A stretch of 58,405 bases of DNA, taken from an uncultured Eubacteriales bacterium. Lineage in GTDB: Bacteria > Bacillota > Clostridia > Oscillospirales > CAG-272. Where the stretch lies: the NCBI GenBank assembly GCA_934385225.1, contig CAKRPQ010000003.1, positions 1-58,405 of the forward strand, given 5' to 3'. The position numbers and the translations under genes were made by a program. Below are positions 1 through 8,398 of this stretch, piece after piece; within the stretch, counting starts at the first letter, position 1; each line of letters begins with the position of its first letter. The notes under the pieces were generated by a model. The model saw only the letters and a program-made list of their open reading frames with translations. It had not been told where the DNA came from and ran no database searches.

Positions 1-75
1 CTCAAATCCCATTTTACGGTAGAGCGCTATCGCGCGTTCGTTGCCGTCGACAACGGTGAGTTCAAGCTGGGACGC
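1..75 (-). pseudogene. GNAT-family acetyltransferase, C-terminal fragment only (continues past window start)
   Basis: The reverse complement of 1-75 reads [25 protein letters not shown], the GNAT motif-B pattern (L.V...N..A..LY.K.GF). The frame is open only to 144 and residues encoded by 76-144 are not GNAT-like, so the N-terminal half is missing. It is too short for the ORF track. Confidence 0.5.
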
Positions 76-325
76 GCGCGGAAAAGAGGCAAAGGAGCTT
101 ATGGTCGTTCTCGGTGAGGCGGCGCTGACGCCCGTTGACAGGCTTTACGCAAAATTTGCCGACGCTTTTGAGGAGAGGTATATCGGTCAGGGGTTCTATG
201 AGGATCGCACGATAGAGGAGACGCTTGATCTCGGCTGGGAGCTTCTTTCGATACTTCCGAAGAGCGAGATGAAGAGAATAAAACCCGAGCTTATCGAAAA
301 ATATTGGAAGAAAAGCGCAAAGTGA
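41..325 (+). pseudogene. ntpB: V-type ATP synthase subunit B, 3' remnant (last ~84 codons)
   Basis: From ~74 the frame reads [70 protein letters not shown], the conserved C-terminus of V/A-ATPase B subunits. There is an in-frame stop at 20-22 and no B-like sequence in any frame of 1-73. Confidence 0.7.
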
Positions 326-344
326 AGCGAGGTGAGGCGGTAAA

Positions 345-1007
345 GTGGCGGAGATAAGAGTAAATCCGACGAGAATGGAGCTTAAAAAGCTCCGCGCAAG
401 ATACGAGACCGCGAGACGCGGACACAAACTGCTGAAAGACAAACGCGACGAACTTATGCGCCGCTTTATGGAGGTCGTCCGCGAGGACAGAGAGCTTCGC
501 GAAAAGGTCGAGAGGTCGCTTGCGGCAGCGTACGGCAGTTTTTCCGTCGCGGCGGCTGTTATGAGTCCCGAAATGCTTGCCGAGGCACTCGTGATTCCCG
601 CGGGTGACGGCGATATCGACGTTAAGTACAGAAACGTGATGAGCGTGACCGTCCCCGAATTTGATATAAAGAGCAAAGATGGCGGCACGAGCTACGGTAT
701 GGCGTTCACGTCGGGCGAGCTTGACACGGCGGTGAGCGAGCTTGCCGACGTCAGACGGGATCTTCTGCGTATGGCGGAACTTGAAAAGACGGCTATGCTT
801 CTCGCCGAGGAGATAGAGAGAACTCGCAGGCGTGTAAACGCGCTTGAATATATAATGATGCCGCAGTACCTTTCGGGCATAAAGACGATAAAAATGAAGC
901 TCGAAGAGAACGAGCGCGGAAATCTTACAAGACTTATGAAGGTTAAGGATATGATGCTCCAAAAGGCGACGGAGGAGCGGCGGATCGCCGACGAGAACGC
1001 GGAATAA
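345..1007 (+). CDS. ntpD: V-type ATP synthase subunit D
   Basis: MAEIRVNPTRMELKKLRARYETARRGHKLLKDKRDEL is a typical subunit D N-terminus and the length is 220 aa. The GTG start has a GAGGTGAGG RBS. It follows ntpB as at the end of ntp operons. Confidence 0.85.
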   Translation: MAEIRVNPTRMELKKLRARYETARRGHKLLKDKRDELMRRFMEVVREDRELREKVERSLAAAYGSFSVAAAVMSPEMLAEALVIPAGDGDIDVKYRNVMSVTVPEFDIKSKDGGTSYGMAFTSGELDTAVSELADVRRDLLRMAELEKTAMLLAEEIERTRRRVNALEYIMMPQYLSGIKTIKMKLEENERGNLTRLMKVKDMMLQKATEERRIADENAE

Positions 1008-1046
1008 TTCGGTAATTTTGCACAATACTTTTTACACCGAAAAAGG

Positions 1047-1075
1047 TTGACTTTTCATTTCTCATACGGTATAAT
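1047..1075 (+). promoter_or_regulatory. SigA-type promoter for the GH26 gene
   Basis: TTGACT (1047-1052), 17-nt spacer, TATAAT (1070-1075). Confidence 0.6.
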
Positions 1076-1127
1076 ACCGCATAAGCGGTAAAAACCGCAA
1101 AAATGAGAGGGTAAAAGGGAAAAACGA

Positions 1128-2189
1128 ATGAAAAAAATTCCTTATAACAAAGAATCACTTATGAAGCTCGTAAAAGAGCTTTACGCAGGCGACGATTTTA
1201 TCGTCGCGCAGCAGATGTCCGAAACGTACAGCGACGGCGGACATAAGGTCACGACGGAGCTCGGCTGGTTTGATAACGTCGGCGCAAAGCGTCCCGCAAT
1301 GCTCGGCTTTGACATTGCCCATGCGGTAAACGAGTATGACGACGCGGCACTTGACGTTCTCGCAAATGAATTTATCGACTACGCATCAGAGGGCGGTACG
1401 GTCACGCTCTGCGGTCACTTCCGCAACCCTCATCTTCCGAATCCCGACGACAAAGTGTATTACAGAGGTCACCTCGGTATGGAGGACGAATGGGAAGCCG
1501 TTATGAATCCCGAAACGCCGACAGGTAAAGTCTTTAAGGACGACCTCGATAAGGTCTGCCGTTTCTTGAAAAAGCTCGACGACGCGGGCGTGCCTGTTCT
1601 CTGGCGTCCTCTGCATGAGATGAACGGCAACTGGTTCTGGTTCTGCGTCGGTCAGTACGACTGGGGACAGGATCCCCTTTACGTTCCGAAAGAATACGCC
1701 GAAAGAATGTGGAGATACATTTATAAAGTCTGCACAGAAGAATTCGGTCTAAAAAATCTCATCTGGGTATACAGCCCGAACGTCGGAGCCCCCGAAATGA
1801 TAATGTACTGCTACCCCGGCGACGACGTTGTCGATATCGTTGCCTTTGACTGGTACACCGACGACGAAGAGCCGAGCGACACAATAAAAGCCGATTTCGG
1901 AAAACTGACGGAGACGGGCAAGCCGTTTGCCATAGGCGAGTATGGTCCCGGCAACAAGTGTACGGACTATTCGAAAGGTCCCGTCGATACGTTCACAAAC
2001 GAGGACGCGATGAAATTGTTCAGAAGTATGAACGCGGGAAAATATCATTTTGCATGGGTTCTTTTCTGGTCGAGCTACGCGCAGTACAGAATGTCCGTTC
2101 ACAATATGAAACACGCGGACGAGATTATGAGTGCGCCTGAGGTCTATAACCTTGAAAGAGTGAATAAATACTTCGCGGAAAACAAATAA
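1128..2189 (+). CDS. glycoside hydrolase family 26 (beta-mannanase-like), no signal peptide
   Basis: The LWRPLHEMNGNWFWF region is typical of GH26. The N-terminus MKKIPYNKESLMKLVKE has no hydrophobic signal segment. Confidence 0.75.
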   Translation: MKKIPYNKESLMKLVKELYAGDDFIVAQQMSETYSDGGHKVTTELGWFDNVGAKRPAMLGFDIAHAVNEYDDAALDVLANEFIDYASEGGTVTLCGHFRNPHLPNPDDKVYYRGHLGMEDEWEAVMNPETPTGKVFKDDLDKVCRFLKKLDDAGVPVLWRPLHEMNGNWFWFCVGQYDWGQDPLYVPKEYAERMWRYIYKVCTEEFGLKNLIWVYSPNVGAPEMIMYCYPGDDVVDIVAFDWYTDDEEPSDTIKADFGKLTETGKPFAIGEYGPGNKCTDYSKGPVDTFTNEDAMKLFRSMNAGKYHFAWVLFWSSYAQYRMSVHNMKHADEIMSAPEVYNLERVNKYFAENK

Positions 2190-2197
2190 AATCAAGT

Positions 2198-2228
2198 AAA
2201 AAAGAGCTGTCTCGGACAGCTCTTTTTG
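2198..2228. terminator. bidirectional rho-independent terminator
   Basis: The stem agagctgtc / gacagctct has a 3-nt loop. An A-run lies upstream and a T-run downstream, between convergent genes. Confidence 0.8.
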
Positions 2229-2231
2229 CCT

Positions 2232-3431
2232 TTAATAGTACCACCCCGACGGCAGCTCGTCGAGAGTGCCGAACGTGCAGCCTTTTTCCGTTAAATATTC
2301 AATGGCGTAGGGGAGCATATCCGCCGTCTGCGAGTAGGTTTCGTGCATAAGGACTATGTGCGGATTGTGCTTCATTTTAAGGCTGTTTTCCACAGTTCTT
2401 CGGAAAGTTTCGCGGAGAAATTCGTCCTCCGTCATATCTTTCGGACACTTTTTTATGTAGCAGTCGTTGTTTAAGGCGTTCCAGTCGAAGCCGCGATAGC
2501 CGAGCTCGCATAGAACGTCCTTTATGCCCTCGGTCTTGCAGTTCGTCGAGCCTCCCGGGAAGCGGAAAAGACGTTCGCTCGGAATGTAGCCGAGAATGTC
2601 CTCCGTCGTGCGTTCCCATTCGGCGATCTCCGCGCGGAACGAGTCCGCGTCCGCATAGAGAGCCTTGTAGTCGTGCGTGAACGAGTGACAGCCGAGCGCG
2701 TGGCCGCCCTCCGCCACACGGCGCATAACGTCGGGATTTGCTTTTGCGTTTCTGCCGACCGAGAAGAATGTCGCTTTTATGCCGTATTCGTCGAGCGTTT
2801 TGAGAATACGATCCGTGTTTTTCGGGTTCGGACCGTCGTCAAAGGTCAGATAGACGCGCAGTGACCCTTCTTCCGTTTTGCAGTTTTCGGGATTTGCGCC
2901 GAGGCTCACCCTGAAAGTGATTTTTTTCTCCGACGTCCGCTCGCTCGGAATAAAATTCTCCGAAAATTCGAGCGCGAAAATCTGCCCTTTCGGGAGGTTT
3001 GCATATTCACACGCGATATCGCAAATAAATCCGCTTTCCCGCAGTTCTTCCGCGGGGATTTCGCTCTCGTTCCTGCCTATGTAGCCGTAAACGTCGGCGT
3101 AGAGAGTGTCGGGCGCGTCGGTTTCGCCCGTTTCGGCGGTTTCTCCGCTTGTGTCAGCCGCGGTTTCGGGTGCGGTTTCTGTTTCTGTCTCTGCTTCTGC
3201 CTTTGTTTCCGTTTCCGCTCCCGTTTCCGTCACCGCCGCACTTTCGACCGTAGTTGAGACAGCGGTTGGGGTCGCCGTTTCCGTTTCCGAACAGGTGCTT
3301 TCGGTTGCCTGTGTATGCGTTTCTGTTTCGGTATTGATTTCGGGTGTCGTGTCGGTGTCCGCGTTCCCCGCGCACGCAAAAAAGAACACAGACAGAAATG
3401 CCAAAAGCAAACAAAATGCCGTTTTTTTCAT
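2232..3431 (-). CDS. secreted/lipoprotein polysaccharide deacetylase (CE4, NodB domain) with Thr/Glu-rich linker
   Basis: RVYLTFDDGPNPKNTDRIL and FHSFTHDY-type NodB motifs are present. The start was moved to MKKTAFCLLLAFLSVFFFAC (GGGGAGG RBS 8 nt upstream); the ORF-track start at 3500 is an over-extension. Confidence 0.8.
   Translation of the reverse strand: MKKTAFCLLLAFLSVFFFACAGNADTDTTPEINTETETHTQATESTCSETETATPTAVSTTVESAAVTETGAETETKAEAETETETAPETAADTSGETAETGETDAPDTLYADVYGYIGRNESEIPAEELRESGFICDIACEYANLPKGQIFALEFSENFIPSERTSEKKITFRVSLGANPENCKTEEGSLRVYLTFDDGPNPKNTDRILKTLDEYGIKATFFSVGRNAKANPDVMRRVAEGGHALGCHSFTHDYKALYADADSFRAEIAEWERTTEDILGYIPSERLFRFPGGSTNCKTEGIKDVLCELGYRGFDWNALNNDCYIKKCPKDMTEDEFLRETFRRTVENSLKMKHNPHIVLMHETYSQTADMLPYAIEYLTEKGCTFGTLDELPSGWYY
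3108..3368 (-). repeat. low-complexity Thr/Glu/Ala-rich linker coding region (degenerate short repeats)
   Basis: It encodes ...TETETHTQATES..ETGAETETKAEAETETETAPETAADTSGETAETGETDAPD. The DNA shows reiterated gtttc(c/t)g-type units. Confidence 0.7.
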
Positions 3432-3569
3432 TCCGCCGACCTCCCCGAATGTTTTTTCGGCTTCATTATACACCGTATCCCGACAAAAATCTACCGTCAA
3501 AAAGTAAATAATTGTATTTAAGGGAACAATTTACCCGAAAAGTCGTCGGAATAATCGGAGGACAACGCC

Positions 3570-4145
3570 ATGAAAAAACTTTTTGAATATATATCCGTGT
3601 CCGCACTTGCGCTTGCCGTTGTCTGCGCGCTCGTGTTTTCGTTTGTCTCATGCCTGAGAGCGGGGACTGACGCCGAGACGTGCGACGAAACAGCCGAAAC
3701 GGGCGGTGTAACCTTTCCCGTGTCGGGCGAGGCTGATTTGCGGAAGGATACGGAAAACGAAGTCAGCGTTTTCCCGTATCGCATTGTGAGAACGGGCAGC
3801 GGAGACGAGGATAAAGAATATCCGTATGTTCTGATAATAAAAAACAAGACCGATTTCGACGCGCTTGCAAAGAGGCTCGGCTCTGCATATGCTGAGGAGC
3901 TTTCGGCACTCGGATACGGCGACGCTTTCTTCGCCGAAAACGAGCTTGTAACCGTCGTATTGAGGGAGACAAGTGGGTCGATAGGACACGAGGTTCTCGG
4001 CGCAGACGAAAAGGGCGGGATACGAATAAAACGTATCCTGCCCGAAGAAGGAACGTGCGATATGGCGGAGTGGCACATTTTTGTCGAATTGCCGCTTGAT
4101 TTTTCGGAGCGCGTCCCCGACTTTTACGTCACGTTTTGTGAATAA
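3570..4145 (+). CDS. hypothetical lipoprotein (C-terminal half faintly PrcB-like)
   Basis: The signal peptide has a lipobox-like Cys (ALVFSFVSC). GGAGGA RBS. No catalytic motif was recognised. Confidence 0.6.
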   Translation: MKKLFEYISVSALALAVVCALVFSFVSCLRAGTDAETCDETAETGGVTFPVSGEADLRKDTENEVSVFPYRIVRTGSGDEDKEYPYVLIIKNKTDFDALAKRLGSAYAEELSALGYGDAFFAENELVTVVLRETSGSIGHEVLGADEKGGIRIKRILPEEGTCDMAEWHIFVELPLDFSERVPDFYVTFCE

Positions 4146-4662
4146 CGCCCGATTTGCCGAGAACGTCCGCTTCAAGCGCAAGGAGAGCCTTTTTGTTTTC
4201 GATACCTCCGCCGTAGCCGACGATTTTCCCGCCCGCACCCACTACGCGGTGACAGGGAACGATTATGCAGATGGGATTTCTGCCGACGGCGCCGCCGACA
4301 GCCTGTGCCGACATACGTTCAAGCCCCTTTTCACACGCAATCTTCCGTGCGATTTCGCCGTATGTGACCGTTTCGCCATATGGGATTTCATTCATCGCGA
4401 GCGTGACGCGCGCCGAAAAGTCGGTCAGACTGCCGATTTTGTAGTTCGGCGTAAAATCGGGTATTCCGCCGCCGAAATAAATGTCGAGCCACCTGCGCAC
4501 ATCGTCGAAAACGGGCAGATTTGAATTAGGATCCGTGAGATCCGCGCCCGAAATGAGCTTTTCGCAGTCCGTCGAGCCTTCGAAAACGAGGGACGTGAGA
4601 TGCACACCGTCCGTACTCTCGGCGAAAAGGTCCGAAAAGGCGGGCGGAGCGGTATATTTCAT
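4129..4662 (-). CDS. ogt: methylated-DNA--protein-cysteine methyltransferase
   Basis: The active-site motif IIVPCHRVV and the helix-turn-wing region YGEIARKI..AVGGAVGRNP are present. The start was chosen at MKYTAPP (alternative ATG at 4689); the ORF-track start at 4821 overlaps the upstream ABC gene. Confidence 0.8.
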   Translation of the reverse strand: MKYTAPPAFSDLFAESTDGVHLTSLVFEGSTDCEKLISGADLTDPNSNLPVFDDVRRWLDIYFGGGIPDFTPNYKIGSLTDFSARVTLAMNEIPYGETVTYGEIARKIACEKGLERMSAQAVGGAVGRNPICIIVPCHRVVGAGGKIVGYGGGIENKKALLALEADVLGKSGVIHKT

Positions 4663-4744
4663 TATGTAAATTTTTCCTTTGTTTTTCATACTTCCAAAAA
4701 CGGCGGAGTTTTCGTTTTTCGCGAAATCTCCGCCGTCCCTTTTT

Positions 4745-5557
4745 TTATTTCGAGAGCAAAGCTCTGTCGCCAGCGAATCTTCTACCGCTTGCGCTTGTAA
4801 ATTCTTCGAGTAGTCTCTCAACCGTGAGCTTTTTCTTTTCTTCGCCCGAAATGTCGAGAATGACCTTGCCGTCCCACATCATAATGAGCCTGTTGCCGTA
4901 GTCTATGGCGTTCTGCATATTGTGCGTAACCATAAGGGTGGTCAGGTTTTCGGTGCGGATTATGCTGTCGGTGAGCGTAAGAACTTTGTCGGCCGTTTTG
5001 GGGTCGAGTGCCGCCGTATGCTCGTCGAGAAGAAGCATTTTCGGCTTTTCGAGCGTCGCCATAAGGAGGGTGAGCGCCTGTCTCTGTCCGCCCGAAAGAA
5101 GTCCGACTTTTGAGGTCATACGGTTTTCGAGTCCGAGTTCGAGACGCGCGAGTTCCGTGCGGTATATCTTTCTTTCCTTGTCCCTTATTCCCCAGCGAAG
5201 TCCGTGGAATTTGCCGCGGCGGTATGCGAGCGCGAGGTTTTCCTCTATCTGCATATTCGGCGCGGTGCCCATCATGGGGTCCTGAAAAACTCTGCCGAAG
5301 TACTTTGCTCTTTTATACTCGGGAAGTCTCGTTATGTCGATACCGTCGAGTATAATGCGTCCTTCGTCAACGGAAAAAACTCCCGTGACAGCGTTCATAA
5401 GCGTGGATTTGCCCGCGCCGTTGCCGCCTATGACGGTTATAAAATCGCCCCTTTTGACTTTAAGGGAAAGACCGTTCATGGCGATCTTTTCGTTTATAGT
5501 TCCGGGGTTGAAGGTTTTGTAAACGTCCCGAAGTTCGAGCATCGTATCATCTTGCAT
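4745..5557 (-). CDS. ABC transporter ATP-binding protein
   Basis: Walker A GGNGAGKST, signature LSGGQRQ and Walker B LLLLDEHTAALD are present. Its start overlaps the permease stop by 11 nt. Confidence 0.9.
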   Translation of the reverse strand: MQDDTMLELRDVYKTFNPGTINEKIAMNGLSLKVKRGDFITVIGGNGAGKSTLMNAVTGVFSVDEGRIILDGIDITRLPEYKRAKYFGRVFQDPMMGTAPNMQIEENLALAYRRGKFHGLRWGIRDKERKIYRTELARLELGLENRMTSKVGLLSGGQRQALTLLMATLEKPKMLLLDEHTAALDPKTADKVLTLTDSIIRTENLTTLMVTHNMQNAIDYGNRLIMMWDGKVILDISGEEKKKLTVERLLEEFTSASGRRFAGDRALLSK

Positions 5558-6497
5558 TTTTTTGTCCCCCCGATTTATTGTTGTGATTTCCGGGCTTTCT
5601 TCCCGAAAATTTGCCCTTGATTATAGGCAGACTGAGAGCGACCGTAACTATAAGAGCGGTCATAAGTTTGAGGTCCGTCGACGGCATTCCCGAATAGATG
5701 ACGACGGCGACGACAACGCGGTAGATGACAGAACCGACGGCAATGCCGAGAAGTTTCACCGCGAAGCCCTTTGCCCTCATAAAGATAGTTTCGCCTATGA
5801 TGATCGAGGCAAGTCCAATAACTATCGAGCCTACGCCCATGTTGACGTCGGCGTAGTTCTGGTACTGGCAGAGCATAGCGCCCGAGAGAGCGATCATACC
5901 GTTCGAGAGGGCAAGACCGAGGATCTTTGTTCTGTCTGTGTTAATGCCCTGCGCGCGGCACATTTTCTCGTTTGCGCCCGTCGCGCGGATGGCGCAGCCG
6001 ATTTCCGTTCCGAAGAACCAGTAAAGGAGCGCGATTACGGCGACGATGAACAGAAGTCCGAGAACGAGCGACGCGGGGTCTTTCGAAAGTCCCGTAAGAC
6101 TCGCGAACATTTTGTAGATGTTTCTGTTTCTGAAAGAGAGAAGAGAAAGGTTTGCGGTGCTGCTTGCTCCGCTGCCGAGGCTCATTATGTGAATGTTTAT
6201 TGAGTAGAGCGAAATCATCGTCAGAATGCCCGAAAGGATAGACGGTATTTTCAGCTTTGTCGCGAGCAGCCCCGTGAAAGTGCCCGCGGTGCAGCCGCCG
6301 AGAAAGGCGACGAGGAGAGCAAGGAAAGGATTGACGCCTTTCCAGATAAGTGTTGCGGCGATGGCGGCACCGAGAGTAATGCTTCCCTCACAGCTGAGGT
6401 CCGCAAATTCGAGAAGTCTGAAAGAAATATATACTCCGAGAGCAAGCATTGCCCAGATGAAGCCTTGACATGCGCCCGCACTTATTGTTTCAAGCAT
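5547..6497 (-). CDS. ABC transporter permease
   Basis: This is a polytopic hydrophobic 316-aa protein located between the SBP and ATPase genes. Confidence 0.85.
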   Translation of the reverse strand: MLETISAGACQGFIWAMLALGVYISFRLLEFADLSCEGSITLGAAIAATLIWKGVNPFLALLVAFLGGCTAGTFTGLLATKLKIPSILSGILTMISLYSINIHIMSLGSGASSTANLSLLSFRNRNIYKMFASLTGLSKDPASLVLGLLFIVAVIALLYWFFGTEIGCAIRATGANEKMCRAQGINTDRTKILGLALSNGMIALSGAMLCQYQNYADVNMGVGSIVIGLASIIIGETIFMRAKGFAVKLLGIAVGSVIYRVVVAVVIYSGMPSTDLKLMTALIVTVALSLPIIKGKFSGRKPGNHNNKSGGQKNAR

Positions 6498-6512
6498 TTT
6501 CCACCCCGCGCG

Positions 6513-7565
6513 TTATCCGCCTATGTTGACGGAATGAATGTTCGCCGCACCGTTTGCGAGAACGTTGTCCGTCGGGATGTAAACGGCGTCAACACCTGCC
6601 GCACCGAGCGAAATGAAAGCCGCTTCGATGTCGTTGATGTCGCCGATACCCTTTACTTCGTACTTGTAGCCCTTTGCTTCGCATTCTTTCTTTGCAAGTT
6701 CTATCTGGAATACGGAGTTAGCCTCTGCCGAGGTGTAGAGAAGACCTATCTTGATGTCGTCCTTGCCGAGTAGCTCTGCGATAAGGTCGATCTGATCCGA
6801 AACGGGGTTGATGTCGGAGACGCCCGAAACGTTGCCGCCCGGAACGTCCATACTATCTACAAGACCTGCCGAAACGGGGTCCGTAACGGCGCAGAAGAGA
6901 ACGGGAATTTCGGTCGTTGCCGATGCCGCCGCCTGAGCCGAGGAGGTTGCTATCGCGTAGATGAGGTCAACTTTCTTGCTGACGAATGTTGTTGCTATCG
7001 TTGTGTTGTTCGACTGGTCGCCCGCCGCGTTTTCGCTTAGAATGTTGACTGTCTTGCCCGCTTCTTTCATTCTGACGGAAAGCTCGTCAACGAAGCCCTC
7101 GTTCGACTTGTCGAGAGCGACGTGCTGAACAAGCTGGAGGATACCGACGGTAAAGTCCGCACCGTCCGAGACAATCGCGTCGTTCTGTCTTTCGACGTTC
7201 ATCGAGGACGCGCCGTCACCCGCCTTTGCGAGAACGGATTCGGGGATTGTGAAGCCGATTTCGTCCGCGACGGTCTTGTTTACCGAAAGCGCGGGATTCG
7301 GGTCTGTTGCGACGGGCATTGCGGAAACGTCGGCACCGTCAAGAAGTATATCCGCCGCCATATCGCCCGCCTTAACGCCGAGGTTGTAGTAATCGACGCC
7401 GTAGGTTGCGACGCCGCAGGTGTCGTTCATGCCGATTTCGCCGCAGACGATGGGGAGCTTGTACGCGCCGCCGTCCTCTTTCTTTTCACAGGAAGCCATA
7501 AGCGCGCCTGTGGCGACGAGAAGAGCCGCCATGATAACCGAAAGAATTTTTTTCGTGTTTTTCAT
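6513..7565 (-). CDS. ABC transporter substrate-binding lipoprotein (ABC_sub_bind/PF04392-like)
   Basis: The start was moved to MKNTKKILSVIMAALLVATGALMASC (lipobox, AGGAG RBS). The ORF-track N-terminal 68 aa run through the T-box leader. Confidence 0.8.
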   Translation of the reverse strand: MKNTKKILSVIMAALLVATGALMASCEKKEDGGAYKLPIVCGEIGMNDTCGVATYGVDYYNLGVKAGDMAADILLDGADVSAMPVATDPNPALSVNKTVADEIGFTIPESVLAKAGDGASSMNVERQNDAIVSDGADFTVGILQLVQHVALDKSNEGFVDELSVRMKEAGKTVNILSENAAGDQSNNTTIATTFVSKKVDLIYAIATSSAQAAASATTEIPVLFCAVTDPVSAGLVDSMDVPGGNVSGVSDINPVSDQIDLIAELLGKDDIKIGLLYTSAEANSVFQIELAKKECEAKGYKYEVKGIGDINDIEAAFISLGAAGVDAVYIPTDNVLANGAANIHSVNIGG

Positions 7566-7653
7566 TTTCTTAAATCTCCTGATATAATATATTTCTGCCC
7601 CACGGAACGTGTTCCGATACGGGATTTGCAGTCGAAGTTTAGCGGAAGCGGGT

Positions 7654-7947
7654 AAAAAAACAAAAAATCCCCGTATCCGACACGGATACAGAGACGACTT
7701 TATCGAAAAAATCGTGTTACCACTCTGCTTTGTCCGTTCCCTTGCGGGAAGAACCTCATGGAGCGTCAAATAACGTTCCCGCGATGTTACGGTCGCACCG
7801 TCGCAGCCTACTTTTGTAATTTGTCACAGGTTCGGTGCGAAGCTCCCGAAATGTATTTCCGCTTTCTACTTGCTGCCGTCTTGCAGCGACCGACGGCTCT
7901 CTTGAAGCTTTCGAAAGACGTACTTCTTTTCGATCAACGCTTTTTTA
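7654..7947 (-). promoter_or_regulatory. T-box riboswitch leader, predicted Tyr specifier (TAC)
   Basis: On the minus strand the Stem I elements are a GA/K-turn (GCGTTGAT...), AGAAGTA, an AGAGAG bulge and the distal CCGTCGGTCGCTGCAAGACGG. The specifier loop is GAAA-TAC-A (TAC = 7853-7855). The T-box motif is AGAGTGGTAACACG (7713-7728). The terminator CTCTGTATCCG-tgt-CGGATACGGGG is followed by a T-run (7654-7695). Confidence 0.7.
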
Positions 7948-7954
7948 TGGGAGT

Positions 7955-7983
7955 ATTATATCACCGCAGAATAGCTTTGTCAA
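7955..7983 (-). promoter_or_regulatory. SigA-type promoter of the T-box/ABC operon
   Basis: Minus strand: TTGACA (7978-7983), 17-nt spacer, TATAAT (7955-7960). Confidence 0.75.
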
Positions 7984-8044
7984 GAGTTTTTTTCGATTTT
8001 TTGAAAAAAAGCGACAAAAAACTTGCAGAAAGCTCTTTGTCGCC

Positions 8045-8356
8045 ATAGTTGAAAGTTTTCGGCTCGCCTTATGCGGCGAAAGTTTTCGTCTCGCCTTTTA
8101 CAAAAGGCGAGTGCGGTCAAGGGCGCATAGCCCTTGTCGCTCTCCGCAGAGAGCGAAATGTTCTCGGCACTTTTCTTTTCGCGAAGCCTTTTCTTTTGTG
8201 CCTGCAACACCAAAAGAAAAGGCGCCGATGGGGACTGCACGACTTTACGGCGGCGGGTAGACAATCCCTCAGTCACCTGCGGTGACAGCTCCCTTTACAC
8301 AAGGGAGCCTAAGTCGGGGGTGAAGAAAGCGATAATCCAAGCACAACCGCCCCGAC
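8045..8356 (+). repeat. modular hairpin-rich intergenic repeat, copy A
   Basis: It holds two gaaagttttcg.ctcgcct units and hairpins at 8093-8108, 8119-8137, 8138-8155 and 8186-8223. It then carries the terminal module 8261-8310, identical to 52693-52742. It is collinear with copies B, C and D. Confidence 0.8.
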
Positions 8357-8362
8357 TATTGC

Positions 8363-8390
8363 AAAAAGGCGGGCGAAAGTTTCGCCCGCC
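8363..8390 (-). terminator. rho-independent terminator of the CE4 gene
   Basis: The perfect palindrome ggcgggcgaaa/tttcgcccgcc is followed on the minus strand by TTTTT. Confidence 0.75.
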
Positions 8391-8398
8391 ACAGTAAT

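Noticed and set aside
4129-4145. 17-bp convergent overlap of the 3570 lipoprotein gene and ogt as a regulatory feature
   Set aside because: Short convergent 3' overlaps are common in compact genomes, and there is no additional structure here.
6513-7769. N-terminally extended ORF-track calls (6513-7769, 2232-3500, 22162-24939, 25937-26902, 46748-48496, 54388-56661, 50958-52289, 42893-44041, 41287-42168, 56787-57926)
   Set aside because: The extensions run through leaders, promoters or neighbouring genes. Internal ATG or TTG codons with good RBS and family-typical N-termini were preferred.
8134-8397. ORFs inside the repeat copies (8134-8397, 7980-8276, 16160-16441, 16352-16582, 20515-20844, 25627-25845, 25713-25931)
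   Set aside because: Both strands are open in these regions. Start and stop positions differ between copies and there is no RBS. Amino-acid changes between copies track compensatory stem changes in the hairpins, not synonymous drift. I treat them as non-coding.
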